Shown piece by piece: positions 1 through 14,007 of a stretch of 64,000 nucleotides of DNA. Position 1 is the first letter of the stretch, and each line of letters begins with the position of its first letter. Made by a program: the position numbers and the translations under genes. This DNA is from Camelus dromedarius (lineage: Eukaryota), in NCBI RefSeq assembly GCF_036321535.1, contig NC_087436.1:30878001-30942000 (forward strand), in the 5' to 3' direction. The notes beneath the pieces were generated by a model. That model was not told the DNA's origin. It searched no databases and was given only the letters and a program-made list of their open reading frames with translations.

Positions 1-737
1 TATTGCAACTGCTCAACACTGCCCTTGCAGCAAAAAAAGTAGCCATAGAAAATACCTAAACAAATTAACATGCCTGGATTCCAATAAAATTTTATCTTTG
101 GACAGTTGTCAACTTAAAGAATAATGTACAACCTTAGAGGTATGAATTTAAGTTTTATTCAAGGATCTTATTAAGTAAGGACTATAGCTCAGGAGACAGC
201 TGCTTAGTAGCTCTGAGGAAACTACTCTAAGGAGGTTGGGGAGAAGCCAATTTATATATGATTTTTGGCTAGGAAATACTTACAGTCAAGCATACATTCT
301 TGGTAAAAGATTACTGCTATTCACAAAGAACAGATATCTCATGTTAATGACTTTAGTGCTTTTCTATGTATAAGAAGATGCAAGAATCTGGGGTCATTAA
401 TATTCTTTCCAAAATATATATATATATATAAGGTCCTGCTTATTCAAAGCACAGGTGCCTCGCCCTGTTTTTCATCCTGAATGCCTCTCAGGTTGCACTG
501 TGGGTGGGCAACTGCAGTGGCTGATCACTTAATCCTTGTAGAACTGGGTGGTAAGCAACACTTTGCTCCTTTTTTGTTTATATACTGTAACTTAAATTTT
601 ATATAATTTTATGCGTCATGAAATATTCATATTTAGATTTTTTCTAACCATTTAAACCTATAAAAACCACCTCATATCTGAGCAAAAACAGACTTTGGGC
701 TGTATCTGACCTATGGGCTATAGTTTTTCAACCCATC
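1..737 (+). mobile_element. MER58B-like hAT-Charlie DNA transposon relic, split by an LTR at 107-582
   Basis: 1-106 (gcaactgctcaacactgccc...ccaataaaattttat...ggaca) and 583-737 (...aaccatttaaa...ctgacctatgggctatagttttt caaccc) read as consecutive parts of the MER58B consensus as I recall it. Confidence 0.75.
107..582 (-). mobile_element. Solo ERV1-type LTR, same family as 49457-49921
   Basis: Starts TGTCAAC on +. Its reverse complement aligns by eye with 49457-49921 (GTGCAACCTGAGAGG[C/G]ATTCAGGATGAAAAACAGG). Degenerate 4-bp TSD cagt/tact. Confidence 0.85.
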
Positions 738-859
738 TTTTAGGCAGATAATAGTCCCAGTCTGAAGAAAGCAGATAGTAATTAAAATCATAAAAATAAA
801 TAAAACTGCATATGAAGTGTAGGATAATATAAAAGATGATCCAGATATAAGGCCTGGAA

Positions 860-1770
860 AACTCTAAGAGTTAAAGATTATATAGAAGAAGATACTGTGA
901 GGAAGACTGAAAAGGAGCAGGTTGAGCAGTAGAAAGAAACCAAAGAGAATATGGTACCATGATCTTGAGAAAGAAAAAGGCAATGCTGACAGCCATCAGA
1001 TGGAAGCTGGCCTGGCACAGAGCTAGGCCATGGTATTTTCCAGTTGAATGTGAACAATTTCAACACCAGCTTCAGACAAGGTCACTATGTAATCATGATG
1101 CTGTGAAACAAAAACAAGAGGACTCTGACCACAGACAAACATAAGAACATTATGAAAACTACAAATATTTCCAAACTTCCCAACTCCCAACTAATAAGAG
1201 TAGCAGCTGCTTCTTCACACTTACAGCTTTAGTCTTACCCTGTTCTTTCTACCTACAAAATAAAAATTATTAAGATGCACAGCCATAGAATCCAGTTGCT
1301 TCCTCAAAGCACTCAGTCTAGAACAGATTCCATTCCTTGAACCTTCCTCCAAATCACATAATACAAGCCCAAAACCTGTAACAAGAACTTCTTGGCACAT
1401 CTAATTAAGATGCCTCACAGTTCCCTGTGGAATATAGTCCCCTTCCTGCACCAGATATCCAAAAGCCCAATTTGTTCAACTACAAGTGATCTTTGACTCG
1501 TGGACCTCAACAAAGAGAATGTCTCAAAGAAGGACTTTTAACTGTATCAAATGCTGAAGAGAAGTCAAATAAGATGGGGACTGAAAAGTGACTAGTGGAT
1601 TTGTTTACATGAAAATAGTTGGTGTGTTTAACAGCAACAAAAACAGTCCATTCTAGTGGTTGAAGCAAATGTCAGACTGTACAGGGATCTTGTGTAAATG
1701 CAGAGTACAAAAATAAAAACAGCATTCAGACAAGTCTGCAAGTATGTGAATTTGATGTGAAGAAGAGCAA
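860..1770 (-). mobile_element. L2 LINE fragment interrupted by an LTR
   Basis: L2-typical purine-rich text (gaagactgaaaaggagcagg...; tcaaatgctgaagagaagtcaaataagatggggactgaaaagtg) on both sides of about 988-1512. Confidence 0.65.
988..1512 (+). mobile_element. MER31-like ERV1 solo LTR (left edge approximate)
   Basis: ggcacagagctaggcc...gacaaggtcact...aaaacaaga and the end ttgttcaactacaagtg...caaca resemble MER31. Confidence 0.6.
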
Positions 1771-2898
1771 AAATGGATACATTTCACCAAAAACTATTCT
1801 AATTATAGCCTGGTATTTAATTTCTATTCCTAAAATACTTTATAGGTGTTGCTTAGCATACACTGAATTAAAGATCTATAGTAAAATCTCTTTTGATGAT
1901 GAGATTTCAAGTATTTCCATCCTACGAATGGCATAAAGTAACGAGAATGATTTTAAGTGGGAAATATTTTAGCAATTATATATTTCACAGGGAAATATTT
2001 CTGCAATATCAAAAGATTTTCATGGGGAAAAAAATAAATGTAGTTAATTATTTTCCAATTAGTCTAAAGTATTTTCATGGAAAAAACAATACATGGGTAA
2101 AATTATTCATTTATCTGGAGGTCCCAGATAACAATCACAACAGTGTAATATATATTATTCACATAATCAAAATACCAATTTTTCATGTAAAAAATAAATT
2201 ATAGTCTTAGGAATCTGAATCTATTAAAAATAATTTTGCTTCTTTTGGTTTTTCTTTGATGTTCAATATTAGAGAATATGATTCTGCCATGCAGTATCAT
2301 TTCTAGTAACCAGGGTAGAATATGATGGCTTATTAAAAAAAAAAAAGGAAATTGTTTTAACATTCAAACTGAGCTCTCACTTTCTCTAGTATGTATTTAC
2401 AATTATTTCTGCTATAATTAAGCCTATTTCTTTTTTGTGTAACATAGTTACAAAGATCACTGCCAGTCATCAAACCCATGGTTAAAGGTTTAGGCAGGAA
2501 TGCTTTTGCTGTATTTCACATCCTCAAAGCAGGGCCTCAGTCTCTTTTGAGATGCGTATTAATTAGACAGGATAAACTGAAGTACTTTAAAAAGCTCTAA
2601 GAATTATTACTCCTCAATATTAGATTTCCTCACCACCTCTTCCAGGCTGCTTCTATTCCAAGGAATAAAACTTATGACCTATTCCACCATAATATGAAGC
2701 ACAGAATTGATGCACTCCATAGAAGACACTCCTAGAATGCAGAAACTCTGCCTCTGTCGGTTAGCCCTCCTCAAAAGTCAGCTGCTTTGGAACAGGTGAA
2801 ACCTGCAGATATTTATCAATCACACCTAACGGTGGTGGCAATCTTTCTGTTCTATGAAATGAAGGAAATCTACTCCTTAGCATATTGATAGACTCTAC

Positions 2899-2963
2899 AT
2901 TCCTTCCTTCCTTCCTTTTTCTTTCCTTCCTTCCTTCCTTTCTTTTTCTTTCTTTCTTTCTTT
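2899..2963. repeat. (TTCC)n/(TTTC)n microsatellite
   Basis: Directly visible. Confidence 0.95.
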
Positions 2964-3024
2964 CAACTGTTTCTTATTCTTTCTCATATTTTCCTGTGTT
3001 CTCCTTTAAGTTTCATATCCAGAC

Positions 3025-3147
3025 TATAACCATGCCCAGTTAAGTCAGAATCTCTAGGGGGTGAAATGTAAACACCAGCATTTAAGAAATCCTTTTTGGA
3101 AGTTCTCTAAATTATTCTAATATGCAGCCAAAACTGGGAACCTCTGG
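3025..3147. mobile_element. MER5A-like hAT relic
   Basis: tcagaatctctagggg...attctaatatgcagccaaaactgggaacctctg. Confidence 0.65.
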
Positions 3148-3179
3148 TTAAGGTCATTGTTGATTATTGTAATCTCCTT

Positions 3180-3360
3180 AAATACTATTTATTGAATACC
3201 TACTCTGTATGTACCATTTACAAAGTATATCTTCACAACATCCCTGGAAGACAGTGTTTTATTAAATACATTTTATTGGTAAAGAAATGAAACTCCAAAG
3301 TTAGGTACTTGCAAAGACCATCAAAGAGTGGCTGGACAGAGCCAGGAAGCAATCCAGTGC
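3180..3360 (-). mobile_element. MIR SINE relic
   Basis: ttattgaatacctactctgt...cacaacatccctggaag...cattttattggtaaagaaatgaaactc. Confidence 0.6.
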
Positions 3361-3425
3361 CCTCTCCATGTACCCAGCTGCTTTATGGAAGGAATATAAA
3401 AATTTTTGTAAGTTCTCTTATCTTT

Positions 3426-6400
3426 TTGCTTTGCTTTAGTTTTAGTAAGGTATAACTGACACATAACATATTAGTTTCCGGTGAACAACAAAATGATTCG
3501 ATATTTGTATACACCACAAAATGATCACAGTAAGTCTAGTTATTATCTGTCACCATACGAAGTTATAAAATTTTTTTCTAGTGATGAGAACTTTTAAGGT
3601 TTACTCTCTTAGCAACTTTTAAACATGCAACACAATTTTATTGACATAAGTGGTCATGCTGTATATTACACTCCCAGGACTTACTTATTTTGTAACTGGA
3701 AGTTTGTTAACTCTTAACACAATCACCCAATCCACCTACCTCTTAACACACTTACCCTCTGGCAACTACCAATCTAGCCTCTGTATCTGTTAGTTAGGTT
3801 TTGTCTGTTCATTTGTTTTTGTTCTATAGATTCCACATTTAAGTGAAATCATGTATTTCTCTATCTGATTTATTTAACTTAGCATAATATCCTGAAGATC
3901 TACCCATGCTGCTACAAATGGCAAGATTTCATTCCTCTTTATGACCTAGTAGAATCCCATCATAAATATACCTTGGCTACTGTAAATAATGCTGCAGTGA
4001 ACATACAGGCATATACAACTTTCTGAGTTAGTTTTTCCCTATTTTTCAGATAAATGTCCAGTAGTAGAATTGCTGGATCATTTGGTAGTTCTACTTTTAA
4101 TTTTTTGAGGAACTTCCATACTGCATTCCATAGTCACTGTAACAATTTACATTCCCATCAAAAATGCGCAAGGGTTCCCTTTTTTCCCACATTTTCTCCA
4201 ACACTTTATTTCTTGTCCTTTTGATAATAACCATTCTGCCAGGTGTGAAATGACATCTCATTGAGGTTTTGATTTGCATTTCCCTGATGATTAATGATAA
4301 TGAGTATCTTTTCATGTTCTTGTTAGCCATCTGTATGTTTTCTTCAGAAAAATGTCTATTCAGATATTCTGCCCATTTTTAAATTGGATTGTTTGTTCTT
4401 TTTGTTATTAAGTTGCATGTATTCTTCACATATTTTGGATATTAATTTATCAGTTATATGATTTGGAAATATATTCTCCCATTCAGTAGATTGCCTTTTC
4501 ATTTTGTTGATGACTTGCTTTGCTGTGCAGAAGCTTTTTAATTTGATGTAATCTCAATTGCTTATTTCCGCTTCTGTTGCCCCTATCTTTGGAATCATAT
4601 CCAAAAAGTCACCAAAATCAATGTCAATGAGTTTACCCGCTATGTTTTCTTCTATAGTTGTATGGTTTCTGGTCTTACATTCAAGTCTTTAATCTATTTT
4701 GAGTAAATTTTTGTTCATGGTGAAAGAGAACAGTCTAATTTCATTGTTTCATGTGGCTGCCCAGTTTTCCCAAAACCATGTATTGAAGAGACTGTCATTT
4801 CTTTATTGTATATTCTTGCCTTGTTTGCACCCTTTAGTTAATTGTATACATGTGGCTTTCTTTTTGGGCTCTCTATATTCTATTCCACTGATCTATGTGT
4901 CTGTTTTATGCCACTACCATACTGTTAATACACTATTACATCTTTGTAATATAGTGTAAAATCAGGGACTGTGATACCCCCAGCTCTGCTCTTCTTTCTC
5001 AAGATGGCTTTGACTATTCCAGATCTTTAGTGGTTCCATGAAAATTTTAGGATTGTTTGTTCTGTATCTGTGAAAAATAACATTGGAATTTTTACAGGCA
5101 TTACACTGAATCTGTAAATCGTTTCGGGTAACATAGACTTTTTAACCATATTAATCACTCCAATTCATGACCACAGTACCTTTCCACTTACTTGTGTCAT
5201 CTTTAATTTATTTTACCAACATCTTATAGTTTTCAGTGCACAGGAGTTCACCTCCTTGGTTAAATTTATTCAAAGGTATTACTTTTTGATGTAATTGTGA
5301 ATAGGATTGTTTTCTTAATTCTTTTTTCCAAGTTTGTCATTATTATATAAAAACACAACAGATGTTCGTATGTTGATTTTGTACCCTGCAACTTTACTGA
5401 ATTTGTTTATTAGCTTTGACAGTTTTTGTGGTGAAGTTTTTAGGGTTTTCTATATATAAAATCATGTTGTCTGCAAATAGCGATAGCTTTACTTTGTCAT
5501 TTCCAATTTGGCTGCCTTTTGTTTTTCTTGCCTGACTGTTCTGGATAGCATTTCCAACATTACGTTGAGTAAAAGTGGCAAGAGCAGGAATCCTTGTCTT
5601 GTTCCTGATCTTAGAGGGAAAGCTTTCAACTTTCCACTGCTGAGTATGATGTTAGCTATGGGCTTGTCACATATGATCTTTATTACACTGATGTATTTTC
5701 TGTCTATATCCACTTTATTAAGAGGTTTTTTTTTTTATCATGAATAGATGCTGAATTTTGTCAAATGCTTTTTCTGCATCTGTTGAGGTGGTTGTATGAC
5801 TTAACCTTCATTTGTTAATGTGGTGCATCACACTGAACGATTTGCAAATGCTGAACCATCCTTGTGACCCTGAGTACATCCTACTTGACCATGAAGTATG
5901 ATCTGTTAAGTGTACTGTTGAATTTGGTTTGTTAATATTCTGTTGAGGATTTCTGCATCCATGTTTATCAGAGATATGAGTCTATAATTGTTTTCTGTGA
6001 GGTGTAACTGTCTCATTGTGGTATCAGGGAAATGCTGGTCTTTTAAAATGAATTTGGAAGCATTCCTTCCTCTTCAGTTTTCTGGAAGACTTTGAGAAGG
6101 ATTAACACTAAATCGTCCTTGAATCTTTCGTAGAATTTACCAGTAGAGCTGTCTGGTCCTGGATTTTTGATTGTTAGGAGGTTTCTGACTACTAATTTAA
6201 TCTACTTGCTAGTAATTGGTCTACTTAAAGTTTCTGTTATCTTCATGGTTCAGTTTTGAAAGATTGTGTTTTCTAGAAATTTATCTATTTCTCAAAGATT
6301 GTCCAATTTGTTGGTGTATAATTGTTCACGGTAGTATCTTATAATCTTTTGTATTTCTTTGATATCAGTTGTAAAGTCCCATCTTTCAATTCTGATTTTT

Positions 6401-6951
6401 ACTAATTTACTCTCTTTTTCTTAGTCTAGCTAAAGGTTTTCCAATTTTGTTTATCTTTTCAAAGAACCAGCTCTTAGTTTCATTGGTCTTTTCATTGTCT
6501 TATTGGTCTCTGTTTTATTTATTTCCACTCTGATCTTTCTAATTTCCTTCCTTATAACTTTGGGCTTTGTTCTTTTCCCCCCTAGTTTCTTTAGATATGA
6601 AGTTAAATTCTTTGAGATTTTTCTTGTTTTTTGATGTATGCCTCCATCACTGTGAACTTTCCCCTTAGAACTGCTTTTGCTGCATCTCATATATTTTGTT
6701 ATATTGTATTTCCGTTTTCACTTTTCTCAAGGTATTTTTTTATTTCTCTATTGATTTCTTTGTTCATCCATTGGTTGTTTAGTAGGATGTTGTTTAATCT
6801 CCACATATTTGTGAGTTTTCCTGTTTTCTTCTTGTAGTTGATTTCTAGTTTCATCCTACTATAGTCAGTAAAGATGCTTGATATAATTTGAATCTTCTTT
6901 AAATTACTGAGACTTGTTTTGTGACCTAACATATGATCTGTCCTACAGTTC
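3426..6951 (-). mobile_element. 5'-truncated L1 (most of ORF2 plus 3' UTR, L1MA9-like), inactivated
   Basis: ORF-track pieces 6699-6932 (LGHKTSL...KLEINYK...NNILLNNQW), 6451-6690, 5489-5713 (KPIANIILSSGKLKAFPLRSGTRQG, RT region) and 4097-4330 (IIREMQIKT) are L1 ORF2. Degenerate 17-bp TSD 3409-3425/6952-6968 (14/17) at a TT|AAAG site. Confidence 0.95.
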
Positions 6952-9900
6952 TATGTCCTCTAATCTTTAAGGTTCAGGTTTTCTGTTAATTCCATGTCTT
7001 GTTCACCTTACATCCCCACACTCCATCATAGCCTTCCACTCATTTAATGCAATCCACATCACCAAGTTCAAAACCTTCCTTTTACTTCTTACAGTAAAGC
7101 ACATTTGCATAACAACATGTACTTAATTTATACTCACTGTTTTAAGCTATGAAAATCTGACTGGTTTCTCTGTCTACCTCAGCTACCTGTGTGCTTTTCA
7201 AGGCTGTAAATGGGAGCCAGTTGTCTCTGAATCTCCAAGGACTAAGAATCAATAAATATTTGCCAAATTATACATCAGTTTGGCAAAACCACTGTCTCAT
7301 ATTTAAAGGCAGAAACATTCTAAAATTGTTGATTTCTTAAGCATTATTATTCTATGAATCCACATACTTTTCAATTACCTAAGTACATGAGAGTTAAAAA
7401 TGTGTGTATTTGTATATATACATATAAACAATTGTAAGTGTGTGTAGTTATTTATTATTTATCATTTTCTTAACTTCCAAAAACATGTTTGAATCACTAG
7501 ATTTTGTTAGATTTTTAAGTGTGAAAACATAGGTTAGATTCCTGCTGTCAAGGACTGCAGAACTGGGCCACTGAGAGAGATTTGCAAATGATTTTGAAGT
7601 AGGCAGCAAATTCAGGGTTTCAGTCTAATAACAGTCATTCTACCAGTGTAGGTATCTACTTACCACACTTGGTAATTCTACAGAGCTTTGTTTATGATTT
7701 ATGTCACTAAGTACATTTCCCTAAAGATTTGCTCCTAATGCATCAGGCAATTGCATACAAGCAGGCTCCATCAATGTTTGGCTAATGTACATCAACTTAT
7801 AAACATTCCTTCTTCTGCCCACTTTTGTCTCAGTCTTTTGTGAGGCTGATACTAGCAACCTCCTTCAAATAGTGTCAGATTGCATGGTGACTCTGTGATG
7901 CATAAATAAGTCTACATACTGAGACCCACACATCTATCTTCCCATCTAGTTTCACGTTCTACTATTGGAACCCAAGTCTCTAGAGATGAAGTATATTCTA
8001 TTGTCCCTTCTCTCTTGATTAGGGTGATAGGCAATATGTAAGATTCAGATCCTCATTTGCCATTGAAGTTTCTAAAATGCTTCCCACATTAAATTACCAA
8101 GTAAAACCAATAGCTTTCTATCCTCAAGAAGTATGTATGTGAGCCTTAACATGTAGCTTGCAGGCCACTCAAAGTCATTACATAGTGGATTTTACTCAAA
8201 CAAAATTGCTTCCAAACTCAAGCTGCTAGTTAGAAGATATAATACTCAGCATCCCTCAAGAATATGCTTCAAACAAACAATCTTAAAAATGAGCAAAGTA
8301 AATGAAGATATATTTTATCATACAGTGGTTTCAAAACGAATGGAGCCACTGTTCACCGTGCAATTCATGAATCCGGTGCCTTAAATATTGATTTCCTAAT
8401 CACTGTCATTGTAAGAAGGCATTTTTTTCCCTGTGCTATAAATTCAACTTTAAGCAGAGTAAGAAGCTTTTAGCAAGAAAATTTTACATCTGTTTATGTC
8501 TGAAATTAAAACCACAAGAATTGAAAAGAAGAAAAAATAACCAAGGGGGTTTTCAAAAATTTAAAACTTCATCATGCATAAATGGAGCTCATCAAAGAAA
8601 GTAATTTCCCTGCAGAAAACACTCCATCTTTTGTCTTATGTAAGTTATCAACATGAATATTTTATTCTCAGTGAAACTACCTTTTCCCCTTTGTGTTTCA
8701 TAGTTTTCATTTGGTGTCTCAAATAAATAAACTTCCTTCCTTCCATCCCACTCTATTATTCAGGTCAGTTACAATAAAATATTTCTCTTGCCTGGTGTAA
8801 ATGGTAATTATAGATCAAGCTTTACTAATTCAATGTTATTCATTCTTAGCCCTATTATATTTTGAAGTCTACAAACACTAACCTCTGGAATTAATCCACA
8901 ATAAACACAAAATCATTTTTTTCAAGGTGGAGTATAATATCTCAGGTATCTATAACATTAGAACATTTATCTCAGCTTAGATTTATTCTTGATCCAAATG
9001 ATGGAATAAAGTTTCCATGGAATGACAACTCTAGTAAGTGCAATTTACTATACCCAGTCCACTCAGACTAACTGGTTGTAGTATATCAGATATTTTTTAT
9101 CCACATTAATCCCAAAGGTTATAACCACTGGATCTGTTTATATTACCTTTTCACCTGTTTGCACTGCCTCCGTTCCTAACAGTTTAAATAATCAAGTCAC
9201 TTACTAAATCTTTTTGCTCTGCCTATACCTTGAATAATTACTTCATGCTGTATGGAATATCAAAGAAGTATAATTAATTTAGATATATAAAAATAATGTA
9301 TTATTGTTATTTACAAATTACTGATAAATACTTGCTTGAAAACTAAAAGAAATAGTTATTACTCTTACTTTCCATGATTCTAAGAAACTGAATTCAGAAT
9401 TGTAATGCAGACTACAAATATACTCATACTCTTAAGTTTTTGAATAATAACATTTAAGTTCACTCATTATGCTTCCAGATGCTTGGCCAAATAAGAAGTT
9501 TGACTTTGCTTCCTTTGGTTCAACTGAGATATAATCTTGTAAAAGTTTCAAGCTCTCAAGTCCTTATAATTTATAAGCAGGAATGTTTTTCGCATTGGTG
9601 ATAATTACCTTATATACTAGACCACAGCATTCAAATCCTCACACAGCCATTTAACATCTTGCTTGCATAGCTGAAGAGAGTATTCATAATTCATTTGATA
9701 TTTTAAAAATTACTCTGATTATAGTGGATGCTGATAGGACCCAAGCTGAATATTTAGAAAATAATTCTCTTCAAACGAGCATAATGAAAATGGAAAGTAC
9801 TATGCATTCTTTAACTTCCACGTAACTTCATATTTCTTGATTCTTATAACCATCTTAAAACCAACAAAATGAAACATTAGAAAACAATAAATGGGAAAAC

Positions 9901-11649
9901 ATCAATCATATTTGATCTTACTACATTAGCTTACTTTTAAATACAGCCCTATAAATAGGACAAGTAGTCAGTGATCATAAACCATGTCAAGGCTGAGTTT
10001 TTAGCTTCCTTCAGTCTCTGGTTTCAGCATAGCATTGCCCTTTAAAAATGCAACAATAAATCAGCAACATTTCCTGTACTGTAATGTAAAAAATGACAAA
10101 AACTACAGCATAACTCACATAAATAGAATGTTATGCTAATACTCAAATCTTTCACTCACGGCAATAGAATTTAATTTTGAAGCAAGGCAGTTATTCATTC
10201 TTTCCATTAAGGACATTTCAAAAAAATAAATAAAGTGATTAAACTGCATTGTCCCTATTTTATCCTGATGACCTGGTATTATAAATATTTCTCACCACCT
10301 CTTAACTGAATCATTCAAAATATAATTATAGGAGCACCTAATGTGAAGAAGTAATTTTTATATGTAACTGAACTTTTCCTGTTATTTATAGACCTATTCA
10401 ATAAATTCTGACTATGAAACCCATCTTTATTCAATCTTCAAATGTAAGTTGTACACTGGAGACAATTCAATTTAATTTTTCTCAGCAAAATCTCGTATCA
10501 TGTGGTTTCCTTTAAGGATAAGAGCAGTGATTTATTAAAATGTTTAAAGCAGAGTAATGATTGTCATTTAAAAACTTTATAAAAATTTTTGGATCACCAA
10601 AGTCACTTCAAACTAATTATAAAGTTTATCATGTTAACAAGTTTTACTAAAACAAAATGGTTTTGAATACTAAGGTGTTCTCAGCAAAAAATTAAAACAT
10701 CTTAAACCTATGAGAGTAAGGGTATCTCTTATGACCCATATTTCATTATGATAACTTAAATTTCTTTTTCAAATTTCAAGTACATTTTCAGTGATATCAT
10801 TTGATCAGACATAAAGGATTATAAAATCATCTAATACAATTAGCTTGATTCTTAGTTGGCCTACTAGTATTTACGCAAGTCTGTCTACTAATAAAGTACT
10901 CAAATATAATTTGTCAATCTAACTACATGCGGGTAAAATATTTTTATTTGAAAATTTTCATAGTTTTCTGTAGACATACATGTTCACTGTGTTCCAAACC
11001 TATTCTATGCATGCCTCTTAAAAACAAACAAAAAAACTATATAAATATTTGTTTTATCCCATTATCAAGTATTTCTCAATAGATTTTAGTTTGAGGAGTT
11101 TAAAAATATATTCAGATGCAGAAATGAATTTACTTTCATTATTTGCTATACAGCTATAGGTGTTCACTCTGATATGTATATAATTTTAAATTTTATATCC
11201 TTCATATATAAACATTATTATATTAATGTAGTCACATATATTTAATGATTTTTTTCAAACGTATTCTATTTCACAAAATATAAATATTTATCTTATGGAA
11301 GTCCAAGTGCACCCTCAAATTCTGAACTATACTTGTTCACACACAATAGTTTAACAAATGAAGAATTAAGGCAACTGTTACATAATTCAGTCCAAAACAC
11401 ACACGTACATGCACAATTTCATCTAAATTATTTAGATAAAAGCAGCATAAGATTTGAAATTTTTGAAAAACTGGTTATATATTTACACATATATATATTT
11501 AGTTGTATATTTTGTAGTTCTATGTGGACAGCACACAAGTTACTCTGAAATAACTAAAATAATGTCAAAAGCACTCATGAAAACATAACAAATAAAATTC
11601 ATAAGTGCAACATGCAGTGGATAATTATAATCGATAATATACAATAGGC

Positions 11650-11943
11650 TATACTTACTATATCATTTATTACAAATACAAGGTTTTTGTCCTCCCATTA
11701 AAAATTTACATTCTATGAGAAAGTTGTATCACAAAAAGTAAGCCCAAGAATAAACGATGAGCCAAATAAGTGATTAGCCAACTAAGTATACAACTTTACT
11801 TTGAGGAAAATATTCAGAAATATTCCTGATATCCCCCAATACCAGTCACCGAATCTTCCTTTTCAACCGGACCAAAATTCTTAAGTGTCACAATTGCAAG
11901 TATCCCTTTGACAGAGCCAGTAAACTAGATGTCATTAGATCAC
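11650..11943 (-). other. Candidate terminal exon
   Basis: Acceptor tttacttttttatgctgactctgcag|GTGATC (AG = 11945-11944), AATAAA at 11671-11666, U-rich sequence downstream. Confidence 0.45.
11666..11671 (-). terminator. Candidate polyadenylation signal AATAAA
   Basis: TTTATT on +, about 270 nt downstream of the 11943 acceptor, with TGTA motifs just upstream on the minus strand. Confidence 0.35.
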
Positions 11944-12706
11944 CTGCAGAGTCAGCATAAAAAAGTAAATGCCATTTATCTCATGGGAGAAACAAAGTAG
12001 ATGACTTGGTACCTTCTGACCATCTAACGGGTTATCAGATTAATTACTGTTACTTCTGAAACACATAAAGCAAATCAGGATAGAAAGGAGATAAGGAAAA
12101 AGAGGGTTCCCAGAGGATATGAGGGCACAGATCAGAAAGAGGAGAGTCAGCTAAGAACTCTTTAATCCTGAAAATGGTGCCAAGTCTAAGGGAGGGTATT
12201 GCTTTTTTAATGGTGATAACAAGGATTAATATTTTAATACTCTGTTTTTAAAACAATTGTCTCTGGGTCTGCCGCCACCACATACATAGACACTTGTGAA
12301 ATGAATTAATTTTTACATGTATGTAACCAAGCTTTGAACAGACACATACTTTAGTCATTAATCATACATTAAGTCAAGAAAACTAAATCAAAATATAGTA
12401 TTTCATAGTAGAATTCTTATACGACTTCAATTCTCAAATATGATTTATTACCAAGAATATCTGGAGTAATTCCTGATGATAAAAGTATCCCAAGAAAAAT
12501 TCCCAAATACTTGCTCTTTTGACCTTCCTTCTACAAAAACAGGAAAAGGGGCATGTAAGATTCTCTGCAGCTCGAGACTCTGGGGCTACACAACTACATG
12601 GAGGAAAGAAAGGGAATCAGAGTGCGGGAAAGAAAGATACAGTCAGGGTAAGGATGCATCAAAAAAGAAGCAAAATTCTGGGGCATAACCACCAAGGGAA
12701 TAGGTC

Positions 12707-12873
12707 AAGGCCAGTTTCATGAGTCCATAATATGTGTGGTGCACAGGGCCCCATGCTTAGAAGGGCTCTGCACTTGGCTTAATTTTCTACTGCCATCATT
12801 GCGCAATTATTAATAATTTCTAATAAGGGGCCTATATTAGATTTTGCATTGGGCCCCACTCCTGGAACAGGCT
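12707..12873 (+). mobile_element. MER91A-like hAT-Tip100 relic
   Basis: gcacagggccccatgcttagaagggctctgcacttgg...ttttgcattgggcccc. Confidence 0.75.
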
Positions 12874-14007
12874 AACACAAAATGCATTTCTTGTGGAAAA
12901 GGAGTGGACAAGTTAGAGAAGGGGAGTCTGAAGACCACCCTAGTAAGAGATCTGGAAGCAACAGCAGGAAGCTTTCTGGAAAAGGGAGGAGGCTGCTTAG
13001 ATACTAGGAAACAAAAGCAATGAGGTCAGATTGACTTGTAGGATTTTCTGAAAATAGCTATTATAAAAATTATAGTTTTAGATAAGTACTAGGGTTATGA
13101 ATGGGTGATTAGATAGTTACTGATCTTCCTCAAAAAAAATGTAAGACAGATTCATACAAAATATGTCCTTTCAAAAAAATGACAGGTTTAATACTTTGCA
13201 GTAGCTACAAAGTAATATTAATTATTAGAAACACCATCAATATCAGCAAGTAATGGTTTGTCAAATATAAAAAATATATATAGTTATTTGATCAGTTTTT
13301 GAAATTTAAAATCCTGAGTAAAGCTCCAAAAACGTAAAGTCTAATTCAAAATTTTAATGGAGTCATGAGGCAGTGCCTTTAGTTTTGTTTTGACTTTATG
13401 TGAACAAAACATGACTGTAAAATTTTACTCAATTCTTTGCAAACAAAATTCCTATATACACTCTACATTTATATTTGCCTTTTGTTCCTAATAAGCTCTC
13501 ATGAAATCCTATAAAGCATCATCCCATAAAACGATAGCAGTCGCAGTATCTATCAATTTCCATAAAAATATTTCTATATAAATCTTAAAATCATCTATCT
13601 GCTTTGAGTACTACTATTAACTTGGATTTATGGAGAACAAAAAGTTGATTAACACAGAGAAAAATTATGTATATGAACCATCTTTTTTCTTAAAATGACT
13701 CATTGCTTTGTTTAAAAGAAACCTTTCCCATGAAATAGCACATGTTGGAAACAAAGGCTAATATACTTTTACTCTAAACAAGAAACCAACTGATTCAACA
13801 TTAAGGTAAAGTACAGATATGATAGAGTTTAAATATCAAAATATTTTTATTAGAAAAAAATTTCATTTACAAATGCGTAAGTCCAGGCTAACCCTCCTAT
13901 TCAAGACAATAAAAACTTAAGGAAAATTATAAGGTAGAATAAGAAATGATACTGTATCATGGCCTAACAATCCACCTGCATTTATGTAGGTTTACATGGG
14001 TTAACTC

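Noticed and set aside
4097..6932. ORFs with reverse-transcriptase/endonuclease-like peptides
   Set aside because: Frameshifted, stop-riddled pieces of one dead L1 ORF2, not genes
11888..11943. Short reading frame GDLMTSSLLALSKGYLQL* at the start of the terminal exon as a protein C-terminus
   Set aside because: I found no upstream coding exon chain in the matching phase and do not recognise the peptide
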